DNA of 64,000 nucleotides, taken from NCBI GenBank assembly GCA_017542485.1, contig JAFXXC010000001.1, positions 20,285 to 84,284 on the forward strand, given 5' to 3'. The notes under the pieces were generated by a model. It was given only the letters and a program-made list of their open reading frames with translations, did no database searches and was not told the DNA's origin. Source of the stretch: Acholeplasmatales bacterium (lineage in GTDB: Bacteria; Bacillota_I; Bacilli_A; Acholeplasmatales; Anaeroplasmataceae). A program made the translations under genes and the position numbers. Positions 19,484-30,831 of this stretch are shown here, piece after piece; position 1 is the first letter of the stretch, and each line of letters begins with the position of its first letter.

Positions 19484-20497
19484 TTACTTTATATATCTAT
19501 CTTCAAGCTCTAATGATGCAATAGCATTTAAACTTAAATCTGCATATTCATTAGGAAATACCTTATGTTGATAGTATCCAGCCACAGCTATCATAGCTGC
19601 ATTATCTGTACAATATTTTATTGATGGAATAGCAATATTAAAGCCTTCTCCTTCAGCCATAAATCTTTCTTTTAATCCACGATTAGCTGATACACCACCA
19701 GCAACTATAATATTATTAACACCACGCTCTTTTGCAAGCTTTAATGTTTTTCTAACTAATACCTCAGTAACACTATCTTGGAATGATGCACATAAGTTGT
19801 TAACATCAATTTTTTCTCCACGTTGATTAGCATTATGGTTTAAATTAATAACAGCACTTTTTAATCCAGAAAAAGAGAAATTATAGCTTCCATCATCTAA
19901 ATATACTCTAGGTAAATGATATGTATCATGTCCTAAATGTGCGAGTCTATCTACATGTGGTCCACCAGGATATGGCAATCCTACAACACGAGCAACCTTA
20001 TCATAAGCCTCTCCTACTGCATCATCTAATGTTTCTCCTACAATTTCAAAATCAAAATGATCCTTCATATATATTAATTCTGTATTACCACCAGAAACTA
20101 ATAATGCAACAAGTGGAAATTTCATCTCATGTTCAATCGCATTAGCGTAAATATGTCCAGCTAAATGATGTACTGCAATTAATTTTTTATTGTACATCAT
20201 AGCAAAAGTTTTAGCAGCATTTACTCCAACTAAAAGAGAGCCAATTAATCCAGGACCCATTGTTACCGCAACTAAATCGATATCCTCAGGCTTTACATTA
20301 GCTTCCTTAATAGCTTCCATAAATACTAAAGTAATTTGATATACATGATGACGTGAAGCAACTTCAGGCACTACACCACCAAATTTCTCATGAATTTTAA
20401 TTTGTGAATTAATAACATTAGATAAAACTTCCTTTCCATCTCTAACAACGGATACAGAAGTCTCATCACAACTTGATTCAACTCCTAAAACTAACAT
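19484..20497 (-). CDS. tsaD: tRNA t6A synthase TsaD
   Basis: [34 protein letters not shown]. Confidence 0.97.
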   Translation of the reverse strand: MLVLGVESSCDETSVSVVRDGKEVLSNVINSQIKIHEKFGGVVPEVASRHHVYQITLVFMEAIKEANVKPEDIDLVAVTMGPGLIGSLLVGVNAAKTFAMMYNKKLIAVHHLAGHIYANAIEHEMKFPLVALLVSGGNTELIYMKDHFDFEIVGETLDDAVGEAYDKVARVVGLPYPGGPHVDRLAHLGHDTYHLPRVYLDDGSYNFSFSGLKSAVINLNHNANQRGEKIDVNNLCASFQDSVTEVLVRKTLKLAKERGVNNIIVAGGVSANRGLKERFMAEGEGFNIAIPSIKYCTDNAAMIAVAGYYQHKVFPNEYADLSLNAIASLELEDRYIK

Positions 20498-20500
20498 ATT

Positions 20501-20974
20501 CTACCTCACTATATTCTTAAATCCCACTCTAATAACCTTACATAAATCATTAGGATTCATTTCTATTTGTAATCCTATTTTTCCGCCTGAAAAAACAATT
20601 TTATCGAAAGATAGTGCACTTTCATCTACTATAGTAGGAAATACCTTCTTCATTCCTATAGGTGAACATCCACCCCTAATATATCCAGTAATTTGATTAA
20701 TATCCTTCACATGAATCATCTCTAGTGACTTAACATTAAATTCTTTAGCACACTTTTTTAAATCAAGTTCAGCTAATACTGGTACTACAGCCACATAATT
20801 CTTCTTATCGCTGCCTACTAATACTAATGTCTTAAAAACCATCTCTGGATTTTGTCCTAATAATTTCGCAACAGTCTCACCATCAACTGCTATACCATCC
20901 TCATGTGGATATTCATATGTATTGTATTTAATTTTCTTACTATCAAGAATTCTCATTGCGTTTGTCTTATCCAT
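20501..20974 (-). CDS. ybaK: Cys-tRNA(Pro) deacylase
   Basis: KTNAMRIL, VFKTLV, TGYIRGGCSPIG, SGGKIG. Confidence 0.92.
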   Translation of the reverse strand: MDKTNAMRILDSKKIKYNTYEYPHEDGIAVDGETVAKLLGQNPEMVFKTLVLVGSDKKNYVAVVPVLAELDLKKCAKEFNVKSLEMIHVKDINQITGYIRGGCSPIGMKKVFPTIVDESALSFDKIVFSGGKIGLQIEMNPNDLCKVIRVGFKNIVR

Positions 20975-20975
20975 A

Positions 20976-22124
20976 CTACAAATCCTTATGATAAGTGTAA
21001 TATTCACCTATTACACTAAATCCCCATTTCTTATACATATCCTTTACAGTATCGAATCCATCAGCGTCTAAGAATAAATCAAATACACCTATACGCTTTA
21101 ATCCATTTACCATACCCATAAATAGACTACTTCCATACCCTTTATTTCTATATTCCTTTAAAATAACAAAATTCTCAATAAATACTCCATCTAAAAATAT
21201 ATAACAATCAACTATTCCAACTAATTTATCATTATCATATATTAAATAACTTTTATATTTATTATTAAACTTTTCTATATTATTAACTTTAAAAACACCA
21301 TTTTCTTTAGCATATGCTTCATCATATCTTAAATCTTCTTCATAATTAAATTTAAGATAATCTTCCTTATTAATGCTAGAATATTCTACAACTTTTCCAA
21401 TATTATTGTTTAATTTAATATTATTAATATTACTATGCATTGATATCGAATATGCTTCAATCATATCTATAAAATAATCATTGCATCTTTTAGATGTTTC
21501 AATCTCAAGGAATGTCCTATCATTATCTTTTCTTATTTTCTTTAATACTTTATCTAAATTATCATATTTAATTATTTCATATTTATTATAATCATATTTA
21601 ATTCTATAATTATCATTTCTATATGAAATATAATAATCATTTCTATCTATCTTAGATACTCTTTCCATATAGCTTTGATATAAATCATTATAATCACAAA
21701 ATAATTTTTGCATCACAATAGCATCTTCCATATCAGAATAATAATTCTTTCTAATATGGATTTTCTTATATCCAACCTTACTATATAATCCTATAGCCCT
21801 ATTATTAGATTCTCTAACCTCTAATATAGAATTATTAGCACCCTTACTATATAATTCATCTAATACATGACATAATAATTTAGTACCAATACCTTTTCCT
21901 TGATATTCCTTATAAACACAAAAATTCAATACTTCAATAGAAATACCATCAAATGATGTAGAAATATATCCCAATATCTTATTATTCTCTACATAAACAT
22001 AATAATAAGCAATCTCGCTTCTAACAGCTAAATCAAACATTTCTTTTCCAAGTGTAGTACCTATTGTCTCATTTTCCAACTTTATAAGCTCATCAATATC
22101 ACAATAATCAATACGCCTAATCAT
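20976..22124 (-). CDS. rimI: RimI-like acetyltransferase fused to a second GNAT domain
   Basis: LEVRESNNRAIGLY..GY....RKNYY..EDA in the N-half; YRNKGYG...MYKKWGF in the C-half; position after tsaB. Confidence 0.75.
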   Translation of the reverse strand: MIRRIDYCDIDELIKLENETIGTTLGKEMFDLAVRSEIAYYYVYVENNKILGYISTSFDGISIEVLNFCVYKEYQGKGIGTKLLCHVLDELYSKGANNSILEVRESNNRAIGLYSKVGYKKIHIRKNYYSDMEDAIVMQKLFCDYNDLYQSYMERVSKIDRNDYYISYRNDNYRIKYDYNKYEIIKYDNLDKVLKKIRKDNDRTFLEIETSKRCNDYFIDMIEAYSISMHSNINNIKLNNNIGKVVEYSSINKEDYLKFNYEEDLRYDEAYAKENGVFKVNNIEKFNNKYKSYLIYDNDKLVGIVDCYIFLDGVFIENFVILKEYRNKGYGSSLFMGMVNGLKRIGVFDLFLDADGFDTVKDMYKKWGFSVIGEYYTYHKDL

Positions 22125-22695
22125 TTAGATTTCTCTCCGCTTCTGTCTCTCTTAAATAATTAGGAATTAATAAATCAGGATTATCAACCTTTTCTTTATT
22201 ATTTAAACAATATTCAGGATTAACCTTAAAATTTGTCTCACATACTATAGAATCATATTCTTTTTCTTTTAACTCTACTGTTGAATACATTCCCTCATTA
22301 ACAACATATTCGTTTTTATCCATATCAAATATCATTCCAAAAGAATTACCACGTCTAGCATCAATTAAAGCTAATACTTTACCACTTGAACCTGATGCCA
22401 TTAACTTTAATGTAGATATTGTATATAGTGGAATATTCATAAATACACTAATCATTTTAGCTACAGTTACAGCCATTCTAACACCAGTATATGAACCAGG
22501 ACCATAACCACATAGGACCTCAGTTAAATCATGTGTAGTTAAATTATATTTATTTAAAAGCTCATCAACCTTACAAACTATATTTTTAGCATGATCATTA
22601 GCCCCTTCAATATAAATATCTTCAACTAACTTGTTATTCTTAAGTAAAGCAATATATAAAATTTTAGTTGATGAATCAAGTAACAATGAATACAT
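22117..22695 (-). CDS. tsaB: t6A biosynthesis protein TsaB
   Basis: GPGSYTGVR and IDARR. Confidence 0.95.
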   Translation of the reverse strand: MYSLLLDSSTKILYIALLKNNKLVEDIYIEGANDHAKNIVCKVDELLNKYNLTTHDLTEVLCGYGPGSYTGVRMAVTVAKMISVFMNIPLYTISTLKLMASGSSGKVLALIDARRGNSFGMIFDMDKNEYVVNEGMYSTVELKEKEYDSIVCETNFKVNPEYCLNNKEKVDNPDLLIPNYLRETEAERNLND

Positions 22696-23135
22696 TATAT
22701 TGCCTCCTCATAATTTTTATATCTACCGATACCTATAATACTAATTTCTCTTTCATCCTCATCTAATCTTTTTAATTCAACCTTTAAATAATCATTAGGT
22801 ATTAATTCAGACACTTGATTAGGCCACTCAATAACACATACACCATCAGATTCAATATATTCTTCTAAATCAAAATCATTATTGATTCCATCAAGTCTAT
22901 ACAAATCTAAATGATATAACCTAATATCTCCCTTATAATCCTTTACAATAGTAAATGTTGGTGAATTAATTACTTTCTTTACACCTAAAGCTTCACCAAT
23001 ACCCTTAGTTAATGTAGTTTTACCTGCAGATAAATCACCATCTAATAAAACAACATCACCTTTATTTAATACTTTACCAATTCTTTTACCAATTTCTATT
23101 GTTTCTAAAGGACTTTTAGAAATTAATTTAATCAT
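22695..23135 (-). CDS. tsaE: t6A biosynthesis ATPase TsaE
   Basis: GDLSAGKTT, SPTFTI, HLDLYRL, IEWP. Confidence 0.95.
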   Translation of the reverse strand: MIKLISKSPLETIEIGKRIGKVLNKGDVVLLDGDLSAGKTTLTKGIGEALGVKKVINSPTFTIVKDYKGDIRLYHLDLYRLDGINNDFDLEEYIESDGVCVIEWPNQVSELIPNDYLKVELKRLDEDEREISIIGIGRYKNYEEAI

Positions 23136-23234
23136 AAATATCACTCCAATAAACCATAACAATTATACTATTTTTACATAAATCTTTCAACCAAAGTAAA
23201 AAGGGAAAGAACTTCCCTTTTAAACTTTTTTTAA

Positions 23235-23984
23235 TTACTTTACGCAGCCTTTACATAATGTGATGAAGTCGGCTTCTTTTAATGATGCACCACCAACTAA
23301 ACCACCATCAATATTTGGCATACTCATTAATTCATCAATATTCTTTGTATTAACTGAACCACCATATAAAATACGAATCTTATCAGAAACCTCAGCGCCA
23401 TATAAATTAGCTAATAATTCTCTAATATATTTACAAGCATCTTCTGCTTGAGCTGATGTCGCACTCTTACCAGTACCAATAGCCCAAACTGGTTCATAAG
23501 CTATAACGATATTATCAGGATTTGAAATAACGATATCCTTAAAAGCACCTTCAATTTGAGTTTTTAATACCTTATTAGTTGTACCATTTTCTCTTTCAGC
23601 TAATACTTCACCAACACATACGATTGGCTTAAGCTCATATTCTAATGCACGAGCAATCTTTAAATTGATTTTCTCGTCTGTTTCATTATAATAAGCTCTT
23701 CTTTCACTATGGCCTAATATAACATATTCTACCTTAGTATCTTTTAACATAACTGGAGATATTTCACCTGTATAGGCACCACTAACATTTTCATTCATGT
23801 TTTGAGCACCTACATGAATAACCTCAGAACGCTTTACCAAATCACGAAGAATAATGGCAGGGGCACAAATAACTGCCTCCACTCCATCCTTAGGAAGATT
23901 AGGCTCAACGCTCAATAGGAAATGAATTGCCTCATCCCTTGTCTTGTTCATCTTCCAGTTTCCAGCTAGAATTGGTTTTCTCAT
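23235..23984 (-). CDS. tpiA: Triosephosphate isomerase
   Basis: AGNWKMN, GHSERR, AYEPVWAIGTG, YGGSV. Confidence 0.98.
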   Translation of the reverse strand: MRKPILAGNWKMNKTRDEAIHFLLSVEPNLPKDGVEAVICAPAIILRDLVKRSEVIHVGAQNMNENVSGAYTGEISPVMLKDTKVEYVILGHSERRAYYNETDEKINLKIARALEYELKPIVCVGEVLAERENGTTNKVLKTQIEGAFKDIVISNPDNIVIAYEPVWAIGTGKSATSAQAEDACKYIRELLANLYGAEVSDKIRILYGGSVNTKNIDELMSMPNIDGGLVGGASLKEADFITLCKGCVK

Positions 23985-24005
23985 TAATATGTCCTCTTTT
24001 CTTAA

Positions 24006-24254
24006 TTATTTTTCTAGGATTGTAGCGATATCTGCGATAGCAATTTCAGCTTGGTCACCCTTTGCCTCAATTACAACATTCTCGCCACTAGGAATAGCCA
24101 AAGACATTAATCCTAAGATTGATTTAACATCAACAACCTTATCATGGTAATGTAGGTTAATATCTACTGAATATTTACTAGCAGCTTGAACAACCTTAGC
24201 AGCTAAGCTTGCATGTAATCCTACTGTACTTTTTACAACGATTGTCTTCTCCAT
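24006..24254 (-). CDS. HPr-family phosphocarrier protein (atypical)
   Basis: GLHASLA (His site) and DVKSILGLMSL (Ser46 site). Confidence 0.85.
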   Translation of the reverse strand: MEKTIVVKSTVGLHASLAAKVVQAASKYSVDINLHYHDKVVDVKSILGLMSLAIPSGENVVIEAKGDQAEIAIADIATILEK

Positions 24255-24282
24255 AATAATTTCTCCTCCAAAAAATTAATAA

Positions 24283-25500
24283 TTACTTGTCATCAACACA
24301 TTTAATACCAGGTAATTCTTTGCCCTCAAGATACTCAAGTGATGCACCACCACCAGTTGAAATATGAGATACCTTAGAAGCATATCCTAATTGTTCTGCA
24401 GCTGCAGCACTATCACCACCACCGATAATAGTAGATGCGCCTTCCTTAGTTAATTTAGCTAATAAGTCACAAACACCAACTGTACCAGCAGCATAATTCT
24501 TCATTTCGAATACACCCATAGGTCCATTCCATACTACAGTCTTAGCACCAGCTAATTCCTTAGCAAATACTTCTAATGTCTTAGGTCCGATATCTAATCC
24601 CATATCATCAGCAGCAAAACCATCAACAGCCTTAGCTGTACCCTTAGTATCTTCAAAAGCCTTATTAACCATAGCATCAACTGGTAATACAATCTTACCA
24701 TTTGCCTTAGCTAATAAATTCTTTGCTAAATCTACAAATTCTTGTTCCTCACAACGAGAAGCACCAACATTATATCCTTCAGCCTTTAAGAAAGTGAACA
24801 TCATTGCACCACCAACTAAAACCTTATCTGCCTTTTCTAATAATGCTTCAATTACACCAATCTTATCACTAACCTTAGATCCACCTAAGATTGCAACATA
24901 TGGTCTAACTGGATTATCAACTGCACCACCAATAAACTTAATTTCCTTTTCTAGTAAGAAACCAGCTGCAGTTTCACTAACATTAGATGCAATACCAACA
25001 TTTGAAGCAGCTGCTCTATGAGCTGTACCAAATGCATCATTAACAAATACATCGCCTAAAGATGCCCAATACTTACCTAATTCAGGATCATTCTTTGATT
25101 CTTTCTTAGTTTCCTTATCTAAAGCGGCATCATAATCCTCATATCTAGTATTTTGGAACATTAAAATTTCGCCACTCTTTAATTCTTTAGCAGCATCTTC
25201 TAATTCCTTACCACGAGTTGCATTAACAAACTTTACTGGTTTGTTAATTAATTCTTCTAATCTCTTAGCTACAGGAGCGATGTCATTTTTCTTAACATCA
25301 TCAGCACATTTAACACGTCCTAAATGTGAAAATACGATTGCCTTTCCTCCATTATCGATAACATACTGAATTGTAGGTAATGCAGCACGAATACGTGTAT
25401 CATCAGTAATAACACCATTCTTCATTGGTACGTTGAAATCAACACGAATTAATACTTTCTTGTCTTTTACCTTTAAATCTGAAACAATTTTCTTAGCCAT
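24283..25500 (-). CDS. pgk: Phosphoglycerate kinase
   Basis: [36 protein letters not shown]. Confidence 0.98.
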   Translation of the reverse strand: MAKKIVSDLKVKDKKVLIRVDFNVPMKNGVITDDTRIRAALPTIQYVIDNGGKAIVFSHLGRVKCADDVKKNDIAPVAKRLEELINKPVKFVNATRGKELEDAAKELKSGEILMFQNTRYEDYDAALDKETKKESKNDPELGKYWASLGDVFVNDAFGTAHRAAASNVGIASNVSETAAGFLLEKEIKFIGGAVDNPVRPYVAILGGSKVSDKIGVIEALLEKADKVLVGGAMMFTFLKAEGYNVGASRCEEQEFVDLAKNLLAKANGKIVLPVDAMVNKAFEDTKGTAKAVDGFAADDMGLDIGPKTLEVFAKELAGAKTVVWNGPMGVFEMKNYAAGTVGVCDLLAKLTKEGASTIIGGGDSAAAAEQLGYASKVSHISTGGGASLEYLEGKELPGIKCVDDK

Positions 25501-25611
25501 ATTCACATAATCCTCCATCAATGACTTTTCGTTAATTGTATTATATCATAATCAAAATCAAACACATACAAAAATTTTAATGATAATGTTTTCAAAAAAT
25601 TTCGAAATTTT

Positions 25612-27498
25612 TTACTTAACTTTTAACGCTCTCATCGAATTCAAAACAGCTAATATACACACACCTACATCGCCAAAAATTGCGACCCACATTGGCATTT
25701 TAAATCCCTCAATAATACCAATACTTGCTACAGCACTTAATAGCAATATTAACACCTTAACTAATATGATAAAAACTATATTTTCAATGACTATTCTTCT
25801 TGTTTTCTTACTAACATTAATCATAACAGGAATAGCATTCAAATTATCATTTAAAACAACTACATCACTTGCCTCAAGAGCTGAATCAGAACCAATTTGT
25901 CCCATAGATACACCAATATCACTCATAGCTAATACTGGGGCATCATTAATACCATCTCCAACAAACATAACCTTCTTAGTCTCATTAGATTTAATAATTC
26001 TTTCAGCAATCTCAACCTTATCACTAGGTAGTAGTCCATAATGATATTCCTTTATTCCTAATCTGTTCGCAATAGATTCCACGCTATGCTTTGTATCACC
26101 AGATAGCATAACTACTCTTTTACCACTATCTACTAGTGATTTTATTACACTAATAGCTTCATCTTTTAATATGTCCTCTAATATAATTGCACCTATACAT
26201 AAATCATCTTTTGCAACATATAATACACTACCTATCAAATCAACATCGATAGGTTCTATATTATGCTTTTCTAACAATTTCTTACTACCACAAATATATC
26301 TAATATTATCCTTAAAACCAACAATTCCAAATCCTGGTGTTTCACTAACCTCAAAAGAATAATAATCTACATTTATCTTATTAATTGCTTTAGCAAGTGG
26401 GTGTGTAGAATTAATCTCTAAACCCTTAGCTATTTTCAATATTTCATTCTCATCACCATATACCTTAGTTACCTCAAATTCAGCCTTAGTTAAAGTACCA
26501 GTTTTATCTAAAATAATAGTATCGCATTTAGCTAACTCCTCAATACTAATTCCACCTTTAACTATAACCTTTTTCCTAGCACAGGCACCTATACCAGCAA
26601 AATAAGAAAGTGGTACAGATAAAACTAATGCACAAGGACAAGATACAACAAGACATGTTAATGCAGCATAAATATATGATCCAAAAACACTTGATGCATT
26701 ACCAAATCCATTAATTAAGCAAATAATAAGTGGTACTAAACCACCTAAAACTAACGCAAACCCAACTACAATAGGTGTATACACCCTAGCAAATTTAGTG
26801 ATGAATCTTTCACTATTTGCCTTTTTCATAGTCGCATTTTCAACCATATCTAATATCTTACTAGATGTAGAATCTACATATTTCTTACTAACTCTAATTT
26901 TAATAGGAGTTGTAGTATTTATACTACCACTTAAAACCTCATCACCAATAGACATATCTACATCTAATGCTTCTCCAGTTAATGATGCCATATTAACAGT
27001 ACCCTCAGTAACCATAACACCATCAATCGGTATAACCTCACCAGGCTTAACAATAATAACATCACCAATATTAACATCATTTGGATTCTTTATATCGCCA
27101 TTCTCAAGTAAACATTCTTCTACTTTTAAATCCATTGTTTCAAGTATAGCCTTACGACTCTTTTCAGTAGCGATAGCCTGAAATAATTCACCAACCTGAA
27201 AAAACACCATTACAGCGACAGCCTCTAAATACTCAATATCCCCAAAGAATCTAATAAAAAAAGCTCCAATAGTCGCTATGGACATAAGAAAATACTCATC
27301 AAGCATATTACCTGATAATATATTTCTTATTGCTCCAAATACAATATCATATCCAGCAATACCGTAAGCTACTATATATAAAGATAAATATATAATCTCT
27401 ACAGTAATAGAATATTCTAAGCTATACTGAATAATAATAGCAATAACCCATATAACTATTGATATTATTAATCTAGTAATTAATAATTTGTTTTTCAT
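25612..27498 (-). CDS. Heavy-metal P1B-type ATPase (CadA/ZntA-like)
   Basis: SCPC, DKTGT, HP, GDGINDAP. Confidence 0.93.
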   Translation of the reverse strand: MKNKLLITRLIISIVIWVIAIIIQYSLEYSITVEIIYLSLYIVAYGIAGYDIVFGAIRNILSGNMLDEYFLMSIATIGAFFIRFFGDIEYLEAVAVMVFFQVGELFQAIATEKSRKAILETMDLKVEECLLENGDIKNPNDVNIGDVIIVKPGEVIPIDGVMVTEGTVNMASLTGEALDVDMSIGDEVLSGSINTTTPIKIRVSKKYVDSTSSKILDMVENATMKKANSERFITKFARVYTPIVVGFALVLGGLVPLIICLINGFGNASSVFGSYIYAALTCLVVSCPCALVLSVPLSYFAGIGACARKKVIVKGGISIEELAKCDTIILDKTGTLTKAEFEVTKVYGDENEILKIAKGLEINSTHPLAKAINKINVDYYSFEVSETPGFGIVGFKDNIRYICGSKKLLEKHNIEPIDVDLIGSVLYVAKDDLCIGAIILEDILKDEAISVIKSLVDSGKRVVMLSGDTKHSVESIANRLGIKEYHYGLLPSDKVEIAERIIKSNETKKVMFVGDGINDAPVLAMSDIGVSMGQIGSDSALEASDVVVLNDNLNAIPVMINVSKKTRRIVIENIVFIILVKVLILLLSAVASIGIIEGFKMPMWVAIFGDVGVCILAVLNSMRALKVK

Positions 27499-27701
27499 AA
27501 ACTATACTCAAAATCAGGCTCTTCTTTTCTAATTAATTGAATTGCATCCTCAAATAAGCTTTCATCATCCAATTCAAACATAATCTTTCCAGCTGCGAAG
27601 CTTATAGTTGCATTAACACCTTTCATCTTATTTAATTTCTTTTCAACTTTTGCTGCGCAATTAGCACAATCAATACCTTTAAATCTAATAATCTTTGTCA
27701 T
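27495..27701 (-). CDS. Stand-alone HMA metal-binding domain
   Basis: GIDCANCAAKVE; overlaps the ATPase start. Confidence 0.88.
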   Translation of the reverse strand: MTKIIRFKGIDCANCAAKVEKKLNKMKGVNATISFAAGKIMFELDDESLFEDAIQLIRKEEPDFEYSL

Positions 27702-27724
27702 ATTAATACCTCCTACAATTAAAC

Positions 27725-27744
27725 AGTTGATTAATTGTTCAACT
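27725..27744. promoter_or_regulatory. ArsR/SmtB-type operator candidate
   Basis: AGTTGA-TTAATTGT-TCAACT just downstream of the TTGACA/TATAAT promoter of the HMA-ATPase operon. Confidence 0.55.
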
Positions 27745-27812
27745 ATATTATATGATTAAACTATTTTCTTGTCAACAAATTTTAAAAAATAAATACCACA
27801 TTTCTGTGGTAT

Positions 27813-30758
27813 CTATAAAGCTTCATGTATATCATTAACAATAAATTCAATTTCCTTTTTATCGTTTTCTCTTAATATACCAAAAACAACATATAAACTA
27901 TCTTCTTTAATATCTAATTTAATCTTAACATAATCCTGTGGAAATATAATAAACTTATAATCTACTATATCATCACCCATCATACCTACAATCATCTTTT
28001 CCTGAGACTTTTTAGTATTTTTATTATTTATACTATTAAAAACAGCTAAAGTTTTCACTCTACTACCAACTCTTACTCTATTGAGAGGTATTAAATTATG
28101 CTTAGATACAATATCTTTTTTGTTTTTAAATAAATTGTAAACAATATTCATTCCTAAATACTTATATTCCATTTTTCTTAAATATGTCTCATCATATTCA
28201 TCACTTTCTCTAATATTAATGTATTTAGAAAATGTTAAATCCCTATCGTTTGTATTCTCATTCATGCTCTTCTTAGTTCTGCCAAACATATCTAAAGCAC
28301 CAGAAAATATTAACGCAGTTATCTGCTCACTAGTTAAAAAAGTAGTTCTTTCTCTAAAATCCTCATAGCTAATAAAAGGCTTTTTTCTTTCTTCTATTAT
28401 TCTATCACTTACAGCATCACCAATTGATAATATTGCAGGAAAAGGAATAAATAAGCCTTCCTTAGTTATCATAAATTTCTTAGATGATACATTTATATTA
28501 GGCTTGTGTATAACTAAGCCATGTGATCTAGAATACCTAATATAACTTGCTAAAGTCTTAGAAGATGAAATAACATTATTTAAAATATTCCCCATAAATA
28601 CAGGAAAATAATTTGCCTTAAAATAAGCCATTTGATAAGCCAAATATGCATAAACAACACTATGTGACTTATTAAATCCATAATTTGCAAATTTATAAAT
28701 CAAATCATAGATGCATGTGGCTGTATCTTTATCATATCCACTTTCTATACTTCTTTTAATAAAATCATCCTTTAAGCTATCTAATTTACTTGAATCCTTC
28801 TTAGAAATAGCTCTTCTTAACCCATCAGCCTCTCCAAGTGTAAATCCAGCAAACTTTCTAGCTATCTGCATTATTTGTTCCTGATAAACAATAACTCCAT
28901 ATGTTTCTTTTAATATAGGCTCTAAATCAGGATGTAAATATTTAATATTACCTTCGTTCTTTCCCTTAATAAAATCAGGAATATTATCCATAGGTCCAGG
29001 TCTATATAACGCTAATGTCGCTACCAAATCCATAAAACAATTTGGTTTTAAATTAATAAGTACTTTTCTAATACCTTCACTTTCCAATTGAAAAATACCT
29101 AAAGTATCACCCTTTGATAACATATTATAAACTTTAGGATCGTTAAGAGGAATGTTTCTTAAATCATTGATACTAAAATTAGAATCATCCATCATTCCAC
29201 TAACCATAGTCAAATTACTTAATCCTAAAAAATCCATCTTAAGTAATCCAATCTCTTCTAAGTCATGTGCCTCAAACTGTGATTGATATAAATCATTGAT
29301 ACCAGAAGATAACGGAATTATACCATCAAGCGGTAAATCAGATAAAATAATACCAGCTGCGTGAGTCGATATATGTCTAGGTAAATTATCTAATCCTTTA
29401 GCGATAACCAAAAAATCATAAAGTTCTTTATCAGTATTCTCATATTCTTCTAACAAATAATCAAACCCATATTTTTCAACCATATCTACTATTTTATTTG
29501 CTCTACTAATATCAATATCACATATCCTAGCTAAATCTTTAATAGATGATTTCAACTTAAATCTTCCAAATGTTGTAATATTACAAATATGTAATTTTCC
29601 ATATTTTTCTTTAACATAATTGATTACATCATCACGTCTATTATCAGGAAAATCTGTATCAATATCAGGCATAGTTACTCTTTCAGGATTCAAAAATCTT
29701 TCAAAGAATAAATTAAACTTTAACGGATCAACCTCAGTAATACCTAACGAATAAGCAACCAAACTACCAGCGGCACTTCCACGCCCAGGACCAACTAAAA
29801 TATTATTCTTCTTAGAATACTTAATAAAATCCCATACAACTAAAAAATAATCCTCATATCCCATTTTAGCTATAATACTTAATTCAAACTCTAATCTATT
29901 AAAATAAGTATCATATAAAGATTCATCTACCCTATTAATTTGTAATCTTCTTCTTAATCCTTTATTACATAATTGATTTAAATAATTATGTGAACTTTCT
30001 TCATTAGGACATGGAAATTTTGGAAGTTTAGGTTTTTCATTATAAATACATAAATCAATACTATTAACAATCTCATCTAACTCTTTTGATTCCAAAGGAT
30101 TTTCATTAAAAGAAAAATCATTAGCACCTACAGTATATGCTTCACCATCAATCTTTCTTAATGTCTCAAATATCTTATATTCTTCTTTTTTTAAATAATT
30201 ACATCTATGAATAGGAATACATTTTATACCATAATTAATTGCGTAATTCTCTATACTCTTATTAAGCTCCTCCTTAAAAGGATAATTAGTATTAGAAAAC
30301 CCAATATAACCATTAAATTCCTTTATTTGTAATAAAACATCATTTAATAAATTAATCTCATTACCTCGAAGTAATTCTTCTAATAAAGAATCATTATAAA
30401 CAAAAATAAAATATAGTCCTTCTTTATATTCCTTAATATCCTTTAATTCATCAATATTTTCAACTAATACCTTTGTAGAAATCCTCATCAAATTATGATA
30501 TCCTATATCATTTTTAGCATACAATAATAACTTAGATTTCTTTATATCACCAAAATTAAAGCTATATTCTAATCCTATAATAGGCTTAATATTATTTTTC
30601 TTAGCGTATGAATAAAACTTATACGCTCCATGCATATTTTTGTCAGTAATACTTACATAATCAAATCCACACTCTTTTGCATAATCTATATAATCGATTA
30701 ATCTATTACTGCTACCAAGTAAATTATATTCAGTTTGTCCGTATAAAAATCCCTTCAT
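27813..30758 (-). CDS. dnaE: DNA polymerase III alpha subunit
   Basis: PHP domain, GRGSAAGS, PDIDTDF, YGFNKSH. Confidence 0.96.
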   Translation of the reverse strand: MKGFLYGQTEYNLLGSSNRLIDYIDYAKECGFDYVSITDKNMHGAYKFYSYAKKNNIKPIIGLEYSFNFGDIKKSKLLLYAKNDIGYHNLMRISTKVLVENIDELKDIKEYKEGLYFIFVYNDSLLEELLRGNEINLLNDVLLQIKEFNGYIGFSNTNYPFKEELNKSIENYAINYGIKCIPIHRCNYLKKEEYKIFETLRKIDGEAYTVGANDFSFNENPLESKELDEIVNSIDLCIYNEKPKLPKFPCPNEESSHNYLNQLCNKGLRRRLQINRVDESLYDTYFNRLEFELSIIAKMGYEDYFLVVWDFIKYSKKNNILVGPGRGSAAGSLVAYSLGITEVDPLKFNLFFERFLNPERVTMPDIDTDFPDNRRDDVINYVKEKYGKLHICNITTFGRFKLKSSIKDLARICDIDISRANKIVDMVEKYGFDYLLEEYENTDKELYDFLVIAKGLDNLPRHISTHAAGIILSDLPLDGIIPLSSGINDLYQSQFEAHDLEEIGLLKMDFLGLSNLTMVSGMMDDSNFSINDLRNIPLNDPKVYNMLSKGDTLGIFQLESEGIRKVLINLKPNCFMDLVATLALYRPGPMDNIPDFIKGKNEGNIKYLHPDLEPILKETYGVIVYQEQIMQIARKFAGFTLGEADGLRRAISKKDSSKLDSLKDDFIKRSIESGYDKDTATCIYDLIYKFANYGFNKSHSVVYAYLAYQMAYFKANYFPVFMGNILNNVISSSKTLASYIRYSRSHGLVIHKPNINVSSKKFMITKEGLFIPFPAILSIGDAVSDRIIEERKKPFISYEDFRERTTFLTSEQITALIFSGALDMFGRTKKSMNENTNDRDLTFSKYINIRESDEYDETYLRKMEYKYLGMNIVYNLFKNKKDIVSKHNLIPLNRVRVGSRVKTLAVFNSINNKNTKKSQEKMIVGMMGDDIVDYKFIIFPQDYVKIKLDIKEDSLYVVFGILRENDKKEIEFIVNDIHEAL

Positions 30759-30831
30759 AAATTAGACCTCCAGAATAATAGACTTAACTGAATATGAAAA
30801 AATCATATCATATATATTTTACAATAACACA

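Noticed and set aside
25580-26041. 153-aa plus-strand ORF, and similar antisense ORFs at 1056, 5164, 8379, 26798, 34374 and 62950
   Set aside because: Shadow frames opposite well-supported genes; no RBS or recognisable motifs.
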